This document shows, one piece after another, positions 49,094-60,713 of a stretch of 64,000 nt of DNA. The stretch lies in assembly GCA_965113315.1 (NCBI GenBank), contig OZ220367.1. One strand, given 5' to 3'. The stretch comes from Podarcis vaucheri (Eukaryota). Position 1 is the stretch's first letter; every line of letters begins with the position of its first letter. The notes beneath the pieces were generated by a model that saw nothing but the letters and a program-made list of their open reading frames with translations, did not search any database and had not been told where the DNA came from. The translations under genes were made by a program, and so were the position numbers.

Positions 49094-49257
49094 CAGGCCC
49101 ATGCAGAGGCAAGGGCAACCGAGTACACTTGCCCCGGGGCCTCGGAGGGCTAAGCCAGCCAGGGCAGGAGGCCTGTCAGAGACCAGCTGCTTTGTCTGAA
49201 GTTTAGAAGCTTTATTCTAACAAGGCACACTCCGCAGACAAGCTCTGCACGGGCCTG
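49094..49257. mobile_element. hAT-type MITE
   Basis: TIR CAGGCCC(A/G)TGCAGAG; 8-bp TSD GCCTGGAT. Confidence 0.85.
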
Positions 49258-49790
49258 GCCTGGATCATCCTGGAAAGCTAAAAAAAAAAAGGTGATTCAC
49301 ATCCCTTTTAATTCATCTGCAACCACAAAATGTTAAGGATGCCACACACTTTTCCATTCAAAAAAGAAACCTAGAGGGAAGGGAGATCAATAAAAGTTTA
49401 CAAAGTTGTGGGTGTTGAGAAAACGAAGAAGGAAAGTTATTAACGTATGTAGCACACATAGGATTGGGGGGGGACCCGACCCTCCATAAACGGTAATTGT
49501 GAAAAATAGGGAAGTCATGTGTCCTACTTTGCAGAAGACATTCTTCTATTTCCATTGCAGAACAGAGCAAAGTGTGCCACCCTGACAGAACTGTCTGCAC
49601 TTCCTAAACTACGCTCATGCCTGTAATTGCAGTGGAGGAAACCATCCCATTGCCAATGTTGAAGGTGCAGCTTCAGTAGTTAATGAAGATTCAGTAGTTA
49701 ATGAAGCCAACATTTATACGTGGAATGGGGAAGTACCAAATTTTCCTTTGCCTCAAACAGCAAATTGCCACAGGCCTAACCCTGAATACT

Positions 49791-49982
49791 CCTGCCAACC
49801 TAGCAGTTTGAAAGCGGTATTTCCGTGTGCTGCTCTGGTTCGCCAGAAGCGGCTTAGTCATGCTGGCCACATGACCCGGAAGCTGTACGCCAGCTCCCTT
49901 GGCCAATAAAGCGAGATGAGCGCCGCAACCCCAGAGTCGGCCACGACTGGACCTAATGGTCAGGGGTCCCTATACCTTTACC
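49791..49982 (+). mobile_element. Sauria SINE, truncated and internally deleted
   Basis: Shares its 3' half with 56131-56483. Confidence 0.85.
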
Positions 49983-52351
49983 TAACGCTGAATATGTTGC
50001 AGAGATACAAAAGCAACGTGCATAATCCCATTACCCCTTTCCACAAACAAGATCTCAAGCCAAAAGCATTGGGTAACTAAGCAATGCTTGCCCCTTGCAG
50101 AACAGGGTCTTGAGAAGTCCCATCCCGAAAAGGTTGCCTTGGGCTCAATTCTCATAGCACAAGGCCCAGCCTTTCTGCTTCTTCCCCTCATCCACATGCA
50201 GCACACAGTAAAGATCCCTGCCTTGTTTGTGAAAGGGCTGGGAAATTAACTTTGGGCAACAGCACAAACAAAACAAAGCCAGATGGCCCTCCTTTATGAA
50301 AGCTAAAAAATCTGAAGCTACTCTTAACAGCAGCTGTGACTTTTTGCATTGGATATGTGAATGTTTATAGAAATTGGATTATTTTATTTAAAAAGGAACA
50401 CAAGTTAGCACTGGAATTCTTGGCAATAAATTAATAGTGATACATTTCTCAGAACAACACATCACTTTATTTTCCAGTGCGCTGATGACTGAAGTGAAGC
50501 CATTTGACACTTTTAACTTAATTGTTCAAATAGAATAATTGCTTAGTTGTCTTTAGAAGCATCCAATTCCTCCATATACAGAAGTTTTTTCAATACCTCC
50601 CTTCTGACCTTTCATTGTGCAACATTAATCAAGAACAGAATATATGCTGTGTGAAACTGAAAAAGGACAAACAGCTGGTTCTGTTTCTAAATGAGTCAGA
50701 CTTGTTTTAAGGTTGTGCAGCTGCCAGTTTGACTACAACACTCAATCCCAATCGTACATATAAACAGGAGGGAGTGAAGCAAACTTCAGACCTCTGAACT
50801 GCCAGCAGAAAATGCACCACTAAGTCCACAAGCCTAGAATGCTATAAGCACTGGGGGCAGGGGGAGAACACCGAGTCAGTAGTTTTTTTTCAAAGTTTGC
50901 ACTTTGAATGTTTGCAGCCACAGTAACCCAGCTGAACACACAAGCCAATTTTAAATGGAAGAGTGGATTGACTTGCTAGTATAAAGATGTCCCAAAGCAC
51001 ATTTCTCCCTCAGCCATAAACATGGTTGTCTAGGGTTGGCGGCTGCATTCATGATTTATACAAGTCCCTGTCAACTTTCGACCAAATACTCCAAGGCGAC
51101 TTAGAAACACAGCAATACAAACATAGCAATTTAATCAAAACTAGAACCACAAAAAAGCAAATTAATAGGAGCAGCAATAAAACAATTCAAAAGCAAACAG
51201 AAATTTTAAAATACAAGTCAACCTCCAAATGCTTCTAAAATATAAGGGGGGGGATCATATTTATATAACCATTGCCCTAATGTCAATGCATTCCATTAAC
51301 TTGGAAACATAATTTGCATTTAAAATGAAGCCAAAAAGTTTCATGTTTTTGAACTTTCAGACTAGTATATAATCATGCCCCAAGAATGATGTACACTTTT
51401 CACATAAACATAATAATAAAGTATCCACTTATTAAGAGTTAGAACCTGGGAAGAACAGTGCAAGGCTCTACATCTGTCATGAAGGCACCAAGTAACTTAG
51501 GAGAAGAGACTGTTATGAAGGTGTATCTACAGTCAACATCATATGGTACCTTTGTTGCCATTCTGTTCCCAGTAACAACATGGAGCCTTTCTTCACCTCC
51601 CTTGCAATAGTATCAACCTAATATGAGCTGCCATATTAGCTCATATTTGTTTGTTGTAAACACAAGTGCTGGGGGTGGGGCATAAATAGTATTTTACACC
51701 TTGATCAATGCATGCAACATCTTCTCTATGAAGTTATTTATATATTCCACTGATCTCAAACCTCAAATTTGATTCATAGATTGAGAGTGTTCATCCAAGG
51801 CACATTGACTCCAAAAGGCCTCCTTATGATTAATCAAAAAATCTATAATAAAATTAAGCAGTTGATAACTAGCAGCTTTTTCTAAGCACCCCTAATTGGA
51901 TGCCCCTCAAAAGTCTGATGGGTAAGACCAGTCAAGAAGAATCATATCTAAGTGGCTGTAACCTAAACAGACAAGCAATATGGTCATAAAATTGGGGGGG
52001 GGGGGGACTGTTTGAACAGCCTAAATGTTATTGGGTAAAATCAAGTCACTATTCCAAGAGAATGTTGTCCGTAACAATTTCCTCCGCAATTATGACTTTT
52101 ATGTAATTATGACAATTATGACCCTCTATCACAAAACAGCTCACCCAAACAATATGATAGGAGTCACTGTTTGAACTTCAAATCTGTCTAGTTTGGGTGT
52201 TTATTTTATTCTGTTCCCGGGCCTCCAGCGTCCTCCAACATCATTGCTTTCAATATGCTTCTAATGTCTCTCCATACTGTTCGTAAACCTCCCTGCGATG
52301 ATAATGTTTCCATTGTATCTTCAACTTCCTAATAGCTAATTATTGTTATAT

Positions 52352-52640
52352 TACAGATAGGTAGCCGTGTTGGTCTGCCATAGTCAAAATAAAAAAATTC
52401 CTTCCAGTAGCACCTTAAAGACCAACTAAGTTAGTTCTTGGTATGAGCTTTCATGTGCATGCACACTTCTTCAGATACACTGAAACAGAAGTTGCCAGAC
52501 CCTTCTATATAGTGAGAAGGTGGGGAGGGGTATTACTCAGAAGGGTGGTGGGAATGGGAGATTGGCAGATAGCTGAGATGATCCTGTTGACGACTCTTAA
52601 CGACTGTAATAGGTCTTACAGGAAAAGGCAAGGGGTGAGA
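52352..52640 (-). mobile_element. Penelope-like element 3' fragment (pLTR)
   Basis: Near-identical to 22871-22986 and extends further; AT-rich junction; carries a hammerhead core. Confidence 0.8.
52441..52478 (-). ncRNA. Minimal type I hammerhead ribozyme motif (Penelope-associated)
   Basis: GUAU-CUGAAGA-AGUGUGCAUGCACAU-GAAA-GC-UC-AUAC: stem I GUAU/AUAC, both catalytic boxes, and a palindromic AGCU in place of stem III. Confidence 0.75.
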
Positions 52641-52729
52641 ATATATATTAATTATATATTAATATATATTATATTAATTATGGCAATCAGAATATACCGC
52701 CCTCTAAAATTGAACTGCTGATATAGTTG

Positions 52730-52898
52730 CAGTGGCGTAGCGTGGGTTGTCAGCACCCGGGGCAAGGCAAGTAATTTGCGCCCCCTAACCCGTGGATTTG
52801 CGCACCCTAACCCGTGGATTTGCGCACCCTAACCCTAACCCCCAGGTGTTGCGCCCGGTGCGGCCAGCCCCCCCTGCACCCCCCACGCTACGCCACTG
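52730..52898. mobile_element. hAT-type MITE containing CCCTAA repeats
   Basis: TIR CAGTGGCGTAGCGTGGG; 8-bp TSD TATAGTTG. Confidence 0.88.
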
Positions 52899-53519
52899 TA
52901 TAGTTGATGATGGCTGCACCATTTCACGCCACCTTTTTATTTAATACCTTTCCTTAGCTGCAAAGGGGAAAGGCACTCCCAACCCTTAGGCAGCTTCAGC
53001 TCCGCATATAGGAATTCAAAAAACCCTGCTGAAAATCCCTCTTCTGCCCAGTTACTAAAGGCTCAGGGACACTGCATCTATCCCTTGCCTCTGCCCCCCT
53101 AACTTTGCTTGTGATCTTTTGCATTCCATAACTCCAGACAAAATTCTCCTGCATACAACATTTAACAGAATCAGCATGGAGAATCCTAGGAACCAGTTAT
53201 GGGATTCCCCTCAATTCCATTTAAATGTAGACATTTCCATTGTTAGCACTTTGGGCTTGCAGTCACATCTTCCTTATCTTGAGCCAAACCAAGTCAAAAA
53301 TACAACTCTCCCTGTTCTAACCAAGTCTGCATCATCAAACCACCTCCTGTAACAGGAAGAGGTTTGGGTGGGTCCAACAAAAAGCAGATGCAAGCAGTAC
53401 CTACTATAAAAAAAACACCAGCGCATTATAGCTGAAAAGTGTACCAATCAGCTAATAATCTCATCTGTTGAATCCCACATTAAGAATATGGAGCAGGATC
53501 CATCCTTATGTGCATGCAG

Positions 53520-54160
53520 CTATATCTTGAAGCCATTGGTTCACGTCCTACCCTCCAGAGCAGGAGAAAACAAGCTTGCTCCATCTTCCATGAGACATCC
53601 CTTTAGATATCTGAAGATGTCTATAATAGCTCCTCTCAGTCTCCTCTTTTCCAGGCTAAACATAACCTAGCTCCTTCAACTGTTCTTCATAAGGCTTAGC
53701 TTCCAGACCCTTCATCATCTTGCTTGCCCTTCTCTGCACACGTTGCAGCTTGTCAACATATTTCCTAAATTGTGGTGCCCAGAATTGGACACAGTATTCC
53801 AAGTGTGGTCTGACCAAGAAAGAATATTACTTCCCCTGATCTTAAGAGTTGCCATATTTCAAAAAGTAAAAATCCGGACACAAAAGTGAGGGTTTTGTTT
53901 TTTTTTAGTTTTACCCACATTTGTTGAGCTTTTGAGCTATTTTTCATGAAATTTGACATGGGCTGCCATATGTCTGGATTTCCCCAGACATTTAAGCAAT
54001 TTCCACCCAGGCCCTGTTTCCGAGGGCCGAATATCATTTATGTCTGGGAAATTCCGGACGTATGGCAACTCTACATTATCGGGACACTAAACTTCCGTTG
54101 ATGCTGCCTGGAATAGCATTAGCTTTTTTTGCTGCTGCATCACACTGCTGACTCATGTTT
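53520..54160 (-). mobile_element. CR1 LINE fragment interrupted by a hAT-like MITE (53844-54073)
   Basis: Reverse homologue of 55172-55760; the insert has TIR AGAGTTGCCATA. Confidence 0.8.
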
Positions 54161-55171
54161 TATTTGCAGAATTCATAAAAACTATCTCAAGAGAAAATAA
54201 TAAAGAAAGCAAATGAAAATATTAGTTACAACCAGATATGCATCCAATGAAATGACAAAAGTCTTACTTCTGGATAAATGTGATTGTGGGTGGCATGCAA
54301 GTCAGCTTAAGGAACAAGGCTGGCACAGTGGACCTCCTAACCTGAGGTGAATAGGTATTAAGAAACACAAATAAGGCAACTTCAAGAAAAGCTGCAGCAA
54401 GCCATTATCAAGTAATATTATCAGCTGCTTCCCAACCAACGGAAACGGCTAGAAACAGTTTACAGAGCCACATGTTTATCAACTGGTAGTTTCCAAAAAA
54501 GTAAAACTCCCCCTCTGTCTGAATAGTCTCTATGGGAACAGCTTTGCACAAATCGAATACTTCTCTCAATACTGGACTTACTCACGGGGAAATTATGCAA
54601 CCTTCTATGAATAGCAACTGATCAACAAATTTAAAATGGCAGCGCTGAAGGTGAAGGGCAGAATACAGGAGAACTGTGGGCAAGGAAAGAGGGTGGCTTT
54701 GTGAGGCTACGTGAAATTGAAAAATTGACTCATTCCTGAGTAGTGACATGTTCTGTGCAGTCAATGCAGTACAGGATATTTTTAACCAAGGACTGAACTG
54801 GAAAACTTCAAAAGCTTGTTCTAGTAAATACACAGCAGGATAAGGGGAAAGGTTGATGATATGAATAACTTGGTTTTTTTACCCAAGAGACTAAAAACAG
54901 CTAATGGTTAAAACTTTCAAAACCTACTCTCCCACAATATTAAATAGCTTAACATGAGCTAAGGATGCACATCACAAACTGTGTCTGATGTTTAGTTTGA
55001 ATGCATATACATTACTTTAAAACCATTTGGCTATTCCTCTGATGTTCCCTTGAGAATTCAAGGGGGCATGAAGGAAAGCATCACTCTGAGAAAGAGGGAA
55101 ATGATACCTTAGAAGGGACCTATTCTGCGGGAGATGATACCTTATCCTGTAATGCCAACAATAATCTTCTT

Positions 55172-55760
55172 GGGGAATCAATAGGAGTATAGCATCTAGA
55201 TCAAGGGAAGTAATAGTGCCACTGTATTCTGCTCTGGTCAGACCTCACCTGGAGTACTGTGTCCAGTTCTGGGCACCACAGTTCAAGAAGGACACTGACA
55301 AACTGGAACGTGTCCAGAGGAGGGCAACCAAAATGGTCAAAGGCCTGGAAACGATGCCTTATGAGGAACGGCTAAAGGAGCTGGGCATGTTTAGCCTGGA
55401 GAAGAGGAGGTTAAGGGGTGATATGATAGCCATGTTCAAATATATAAAAGGATGTCACATAGAGGAGGGAGAAAGGTTGTTTTCTGCTGCTCCAGAGAAG
55501 CGGACACGGAGCAATGGATCCAAACTACAAGAAAGAAGATTCCACCTAAACGTTAGGAAGAACTTCCTGACAGTAAGAGCTGTTTGACAGTGGAATTTGC
55601 TGCCAAGGAGTGTGGTGGAGTCTCCTACTTTGGAGGTCTTTAAGCAGAGGCTTGACAACCATATGTCAGGAGTGCTCTGATGGTGTTTCCTGCTTGGCAG
55701 GGGGTTGGACTCGATGGCCCTTGTGGTCTATTCCAACTCTATGATTCTATGATTCTATGA
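55172..55760 (+). mobile_element. Young CR1 LINE 3' fragment
   Basis: [23 protein letters not shown]...KNFLTVRAV and (ATTCTATG)n tail. Confidence 0.93.
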
Positions 55761-56130
55761 ATCCTGTTAGGGGGTCATTTGATCATTAGGAACATGGGAA
55801 ACTGGGTGTATGACAGGTCTGTGGCTGCACAGTGACCTGCCTATCTCAAAGGTTGTAGATGTTGCACGTCATCCGGGTAGCCAGGTAGACAGTGCTGTGG
55901 AGGAGTCAGAGATAGTAGTGCATGTTGGCCCTGGAAGCAAACTTTAGTGTTTTAGCCAAGCAAAAATGTTCCTCTTTAACCAAGCCTTTGGCTGATTGAC
56001 ATCCAATGCCCTATTAAAAATGTGTTGGGGGAGGTTATTGGGTTGTTTTGCTTTGTTTTATGTATGGTGCGTTATTATATTGTGATTTTATGTTGTAACT
56101 GCCCTGAGGCCTGCTGTTTAGGGTGAGATA

Positions 56131-56483
56131 GGGACGCGGGTGGCGCTGTGGGTTAAACCACAGAGCCTAGGACTTGCCAATCAGAAGGTCAGTGGTTCGA
56201 ATCTCCGTGACGGGGTGAGCTCCCGTTGCTCGGTCCCTGCTCCTGCCAACCTAGCAGTTCGAAAGTACATCAAAGTGCAAGTAGAATAATAGGTACCGCT
56301 CCGGCAGGAAGGTAAACGGCGTTTCCGTGCACTGCTCTGGTTTGCCAGAAGCAGCTTAGTCATGCTGGCCACATGACCCGGAAGCTGTACGCCGGCTCCC
56401 TCGTCCAATAAAGCGAGATGAGCGCCGCAACCCCAGAGTCGGTCACGACTGAACCTAATGGTCAGGGGTCCCTTTACCTTTAC
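56131..56483 (+). mobile_element. Sauria SINE, full length
   Basis: GGGACGCGGGTGGCGCTGTGG head and ACCTTT tail. Confidence 0.9.
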
Positions 56484-56493
56484 TATATTATTA

Positions 56494-56735
56494 CAGTGGT
56501 ACCTCAGGTTAAGTACTTAATTCGTTCCAGAGGTCCGTTCTTAACCTGAAAGTGTTCTTAACCTGAAGCAGCACTGTAGCTAATGGGGCCTCCAGCTGCT
56601 GCCGTGCCGCCAGAGCACGATTTCTGTTCTCATCCTGAAGGAAAGTTCTTAACCCGAGGTACTATGTCTGGGTTAGTGGAGTCTGTAACCTGAAGCGTAT
56701 GTAACCTGAAGAATATGTAACCTGAGGTACCACTG
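56494..56735. mobile_element. Tigger-like MITE
   Basis: TIR CAGTGGTACCTCAGGTTA; internal AACCTGAAG repeats. Confidence 0.85.
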
Positions 56736-57119
56736 TGTTATTATTAAACATGGCTGCAGCCATCTTGGATCAGTAGATGTGGCCTCTTGACAGTTGCAGT
56801 GCCCTCTTGAGTTTTTGTATGTGTGTGCGTTTGTGTGTTTGTGACTGAATATGAGAGAGAGAAGAAGAAAGGGAGAAAGGAAGAAAGGCCTGGTAGAGAA
56901 CATTCTCTGTGGCAGCCCCTACACTGTGGAAATCCTTCCCCAAAGAGTTGCATCTAGCACCTTCATTTTACAGTTTTTGTTGTATGCTGAAGACACATCT
57001 CTTTTGACACTTGAAATGCATACATTTTAGGACCACTCTGGCTATTACAGCATTTTGTTTTGAACTGTTTTAGTGCTGTATTTTACCCGCCAGGGCCTTG
57101 TGGCAAAGGATGGGTAATG

Positions 57120-58235
57120 ATTGTAACATTGCTGAAAGGAAGAACCTTCAAAGTGGCTTCCTCTGATATGCTACCAGTCCCATGCATGGGGTCAGCTAGG
57201 CAGGCACAGCTATAGGGTCTCAATGAGTGGATGGGTCAGTAGCGTCAGGAGTAGGATTTTGGATTTGTTAGGCACCGATGAATATTTCTGAACAAAGCTG
57301 GCCTGTACAAAAGGGACAGGCTCCACTTGAACTAGGAGGGAACCAGACAGTTGGCACTTAAATCAAAAAGATGGCAGAACAAGCTTTTAAACTAACAACA
57401 AGGGAGAAGGCCAACAGAGATCAAGGAGCGTCCAGCAGTTTGGAACAAATCATCTCCCAGGGATGCAGCATAAAATGATGGTGATCATTCAAGTGAGGAA
57501 GGCGTAGAACTAGGCATTGAGAGTTCAGAAGCACATGATAGGAATTAAAAGAGGCCAAAATATCGTAGCATAAAACAGGTGCCAGAGACATCTGGAGACA
57601 GAACACTGTATATAAGTATTTTTACACTACAGTGGTACCTCGGGTTATATACACTTCAGGTTATATACGCTTCAGGTTACATACACTTCAGGTTACAGAC
57701 TCCGCTAACCCAGAAATAGTGCTTCAGGTTAAGAACTTTGCTTCAGGATGAGAACAGAACTCGTGCTCCGGCGGCGCGGCAGCAGCAGGAGGCCCCATTA
57801 GCTAAAGTGGTACTTCAAGGTTAAGTACAGTTTCAGGTTAAGTACAGACCTCCGGAATGAATTAAGTACTTAACCTGAGGTACCGCTGTAATGCTCAAAA
57901 CTTCTGAGCTAAGATGGTGAAGCTGGAGTTCTTGATCTTAGATATAGAGTGGGCATAATGGAAACCAGGTAGAATGGAGAGAACGAATGGGACATGGTTA
58001 TCTTTGAACGGGAACTCTCTTTGGGAAGGACAGGGAGGGGTGTTCTAGCGGTGGCATCGCTGTACATCAAAGAGGAAATAAATCCAACAAGCTAGAAATC
58101 CCCAGAGAGGCAGACTTCTTCACAGAATTATTGTGGGTAGTAATACCAGGCCACAAGATTCATTTCATGCTATAGTTCCAACCAAAATGCTGAGTTTGAG
58201 GTGGAGAATGAAATCAAAGAGGCATAAAAAAGAGG
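57120..58235 (+). mobile_element. Very degraded CR1 ORF1/endonuclease region, interrupted
   Basis: Remnants resembling CR1 ORF1 esterase (GACAGGCTCCACTTGAAC) and APE endonuclease (GGCATAATGGAAACC...GAATGGGAC; GGAAGGACAGGGAGGG). Confidence 0.55.
57630..57888. mobile_element. Tigger-like MITE (inverted relative to 56494-56735)
   Basis: TIR CAG(T/C)GGTACCTC with TA TSD. Confidence 0.88.
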
Positions 58236-58500
58236 TAATGCTACAACAATATGTTAGATGTCTTTCTAGAAGACATCTGAAGGTAGCCCAGTATAGGGAA
58301 GCTTTTAATGTTTGATGTTTCTATCAATGGCTACTATCCATAATGGCTATGTACAGCTTGCACATGAAACCATATTCAAGTTTTTATAGGATAAAATAAA
58401 CACAACTTTAAAAAAACTATTCCAGATGACACTGAAGCTTTTCTTTAGTTTTAAAAAGGCTGCCATCTAGTGGCTCAAATAATTTTTTTCCAAATATTAG

Positions 58501-58808
58501 TAAAGGTAAAGGTACCCCTGCCCGTACGTGCCAGACTTGACAGACTCTAGGGTTGTGCATTCATCTCACTCTAGAGGCCGGGAGCCAGCGCTGTCCGCAG
58601 ACACTTCTGGGTCACGTGGCCAGCGTGACGAAGCTGCTCCGGCGAACCGGCACCAGAGCAGCACACGGAAACGCCGTTTACCTTCCCGCTATAAAGGGGT
58701 ACCTATTTATCTACTTGCACTTAAGGGTGCTTTCGAACTGCTAGGTGGGCAGGAGCTGGGACCGAATGACAGGAGCTCAACCCGCCGCGGGGATTCGAAC
58801 CGCGGGGA
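58501..58808 (-). mobile_element. Sauria SINE, 5'-truncated
   Basis: Reverse copy of the 16229 subtype; TSD CAAATATTAG. Confidence 0.88.
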
Positions 58809-59423
58809 TTTTCAAATATTAGATATATTCAAAATAGTAGCAAAGTGAATATCTGGCCCATCATCAATGTATATTTGCATGGACAAAACATGTAGCTACT
58901 CCCCAGAAGCATGCAAAAGACTGTAGGTGACATGCAGTGATACCTGTGTCAACAGATTTCCACTTGTACAACACAATTTCTTTTTCCTCTCCTCCCACCT
59001 ATAGCTCACATACCACCCTCAGATATGCTCTGGATTATTCCACATCCTCCATAGAAGATTTTTGGGGGTTGCAGGAGCAGCAGATAGGACAAGTGGAAGG
59101 AGAGAGACATTCACATGACATGTCACGCAGCGAAGGCAGGTGTGATACCAGCCTTTTACATCTGACAAGATTGAAAGAACTAAAACCAGATGGTTATATA
59201 ATAGGACACTGTGCTATGCACAGTTACGGAACTTACATTGAACTCCATAGGCATTGCACTGCAAGTCTATTTGGCTTTTCGAAATGGAAAGTTCTGCAGT
59301 GTGTTCTTATACAAGGCTACACTTATTCCTAAAAACGCAGCACTTCACAGTTTTGTAATGTTTCCTACAAGACTTCGTTCCAATAAGATGTAGTGATGGA
59401 AACCAACCTGGAAGGCCTTAAAT

Positions 59424-59668
59424 GAAGAAGAGTTTGGATTTGATATCCCGCTTTATCACTACCCTAAGGAGTCTCAAAGTGACTAACATTCTCCTTTCCC
59501 TTCCTCCCCCACAACAAACACTTTGTGAGGTGAGTGAGGCTGAGAGACTTCAGGGAAGTGTGACTAGCCCAAGGTCACCCAGCAGCTGCATGTGGAGGAG
59601 CAGGGAAGCGAACCCAGTTCACCAGATTACAAGTCCACCACTCTTAACCACTACACCACACTGGCTCT
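59424..59668 (-). mobile_element. CORE-type tRNA-derived SINE
   Basis: Minus head GAGCCAGTGTGGTGTAGTGGTTAAGAG, CORE-like GCTGGGTGACCTTGGGCTAGTCAC and a CTT tail. Confidence 0.8.
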
Positions 59669-59761
59669 CCCACCGCTTATCTTACATGATTTCATGTAAG
59701 ATAAGGCTACCAATGTCTTCTGGCCATGACAGATATGCTCTTCAATGTCAGAGGCAATGTA

Positions 59762-60683
59762 CCGTATTTTTCGCTCTATAGGACGCACTTTTTCCCCTCC
59801 AAAAATGAAGGGGAAATGTGTGTGCGTCCTATGGAGCGAATTCAGGGGGGGGAGGCAGGCAGGAAAAGCCGCCAAAAGCCGCACAAAAGCTCCGTGAGGC
59901 TCTTGCGGGCTTTTCCTCAGAAGGGAGAAGGGACTGACGCGGTCAGTCAGTCCCTTCTTCCTCCTCGTAGAAAAGCCCATAGGAGCCGCGCGCTCCTTAA
60001 AGGGTGTGCGGCTCCTGTGGGCTTTTGCGGGAGGTGGGGGTATTGCCATAGAGAGGTTGCATGGGGCTAAAGAAGCCATAGCCCCGTTCAGCCTCTCCCG
60101 GCTGGAGAGACGGCGCACGGCTATGACAGCAGCCTCTTTAGCCGCGCGCCACCTCTCCAGCCGGGAGAGGGTGCGTGGGGCTAAAGAAGCCATAGCCCTG
60201 GGATTCCCCGGCAGCCCCGAGAAGCTCGTGGAGCAGTGGGAAAGCTTCGCGCCTTTCCGCTGCTCCCCGACCTGCTCTTTGGGGCTGGCAGTGAGGAAAA
60301 GCAGCACTTCCCACCACCACCAGCCCCACAAGCTCGGGGAGCTGCGGAAGGCTGCACACCTTTCCGCTGCTCCCCAACCTGCTCTTTGGGGCTGGTGGTG
60401 GGCTTTCCCCCACCAGCCCCAAAGAGCAGGTTGAAAGGAACCTGAAGCCTGGGGAGCGAGAGGGGTCGGTGCGCACTGAAGGCGACTGAACGCACCTTGA
60501 ACGGCACCTTGTTTTAGAGGGGGAGAACAAGGGGGGAATTCTCCCCCTCTCTGCACAGCGCCTCCTGCCGCTTCACTGAAGGGGCGCTTGGCAGAGAGCG
60601 GGAGAATTTTTTTTTCTTGTTCTCCCCCTCTAAAACAAAGTGCGTCCTATGGTCCGGTGCGTCCTATAGAGCAAAAAATACAG
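59762..60683. mobile_element. pogo/Tc2-like non-autonomous DNA transposon (922 bp)
   Basis: TIR CCGTATTTTTCGCTCTATAGGACGCAC, TA TSD, and a GC-rich interior with direct and inverted subrepeats. Confidence 0.88.
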
Positions 60684-60713
60684 TAAACCGTGTTCTCCCT
60701 AGCAGAGAGCGCG

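Noticed and set aside
49672-49707. Tandem duplication TTCAGTAGTTAATGAAG
   Set aside because: Isolated slippage-type duplication with no functional context.
56640-57700. Regularly spaced AACCTGAAG/CTTCAGGTT repeats resembling an array
   Set aside because: Subterminal repeats of Tigger-like MITEs; eukaryotic context, not CRISPR.
59651-60556. 301-aa ORF and overlapping ORFs
   Set aside because: GC-rich MITE interior, open in several frames, with no transposase motifs.
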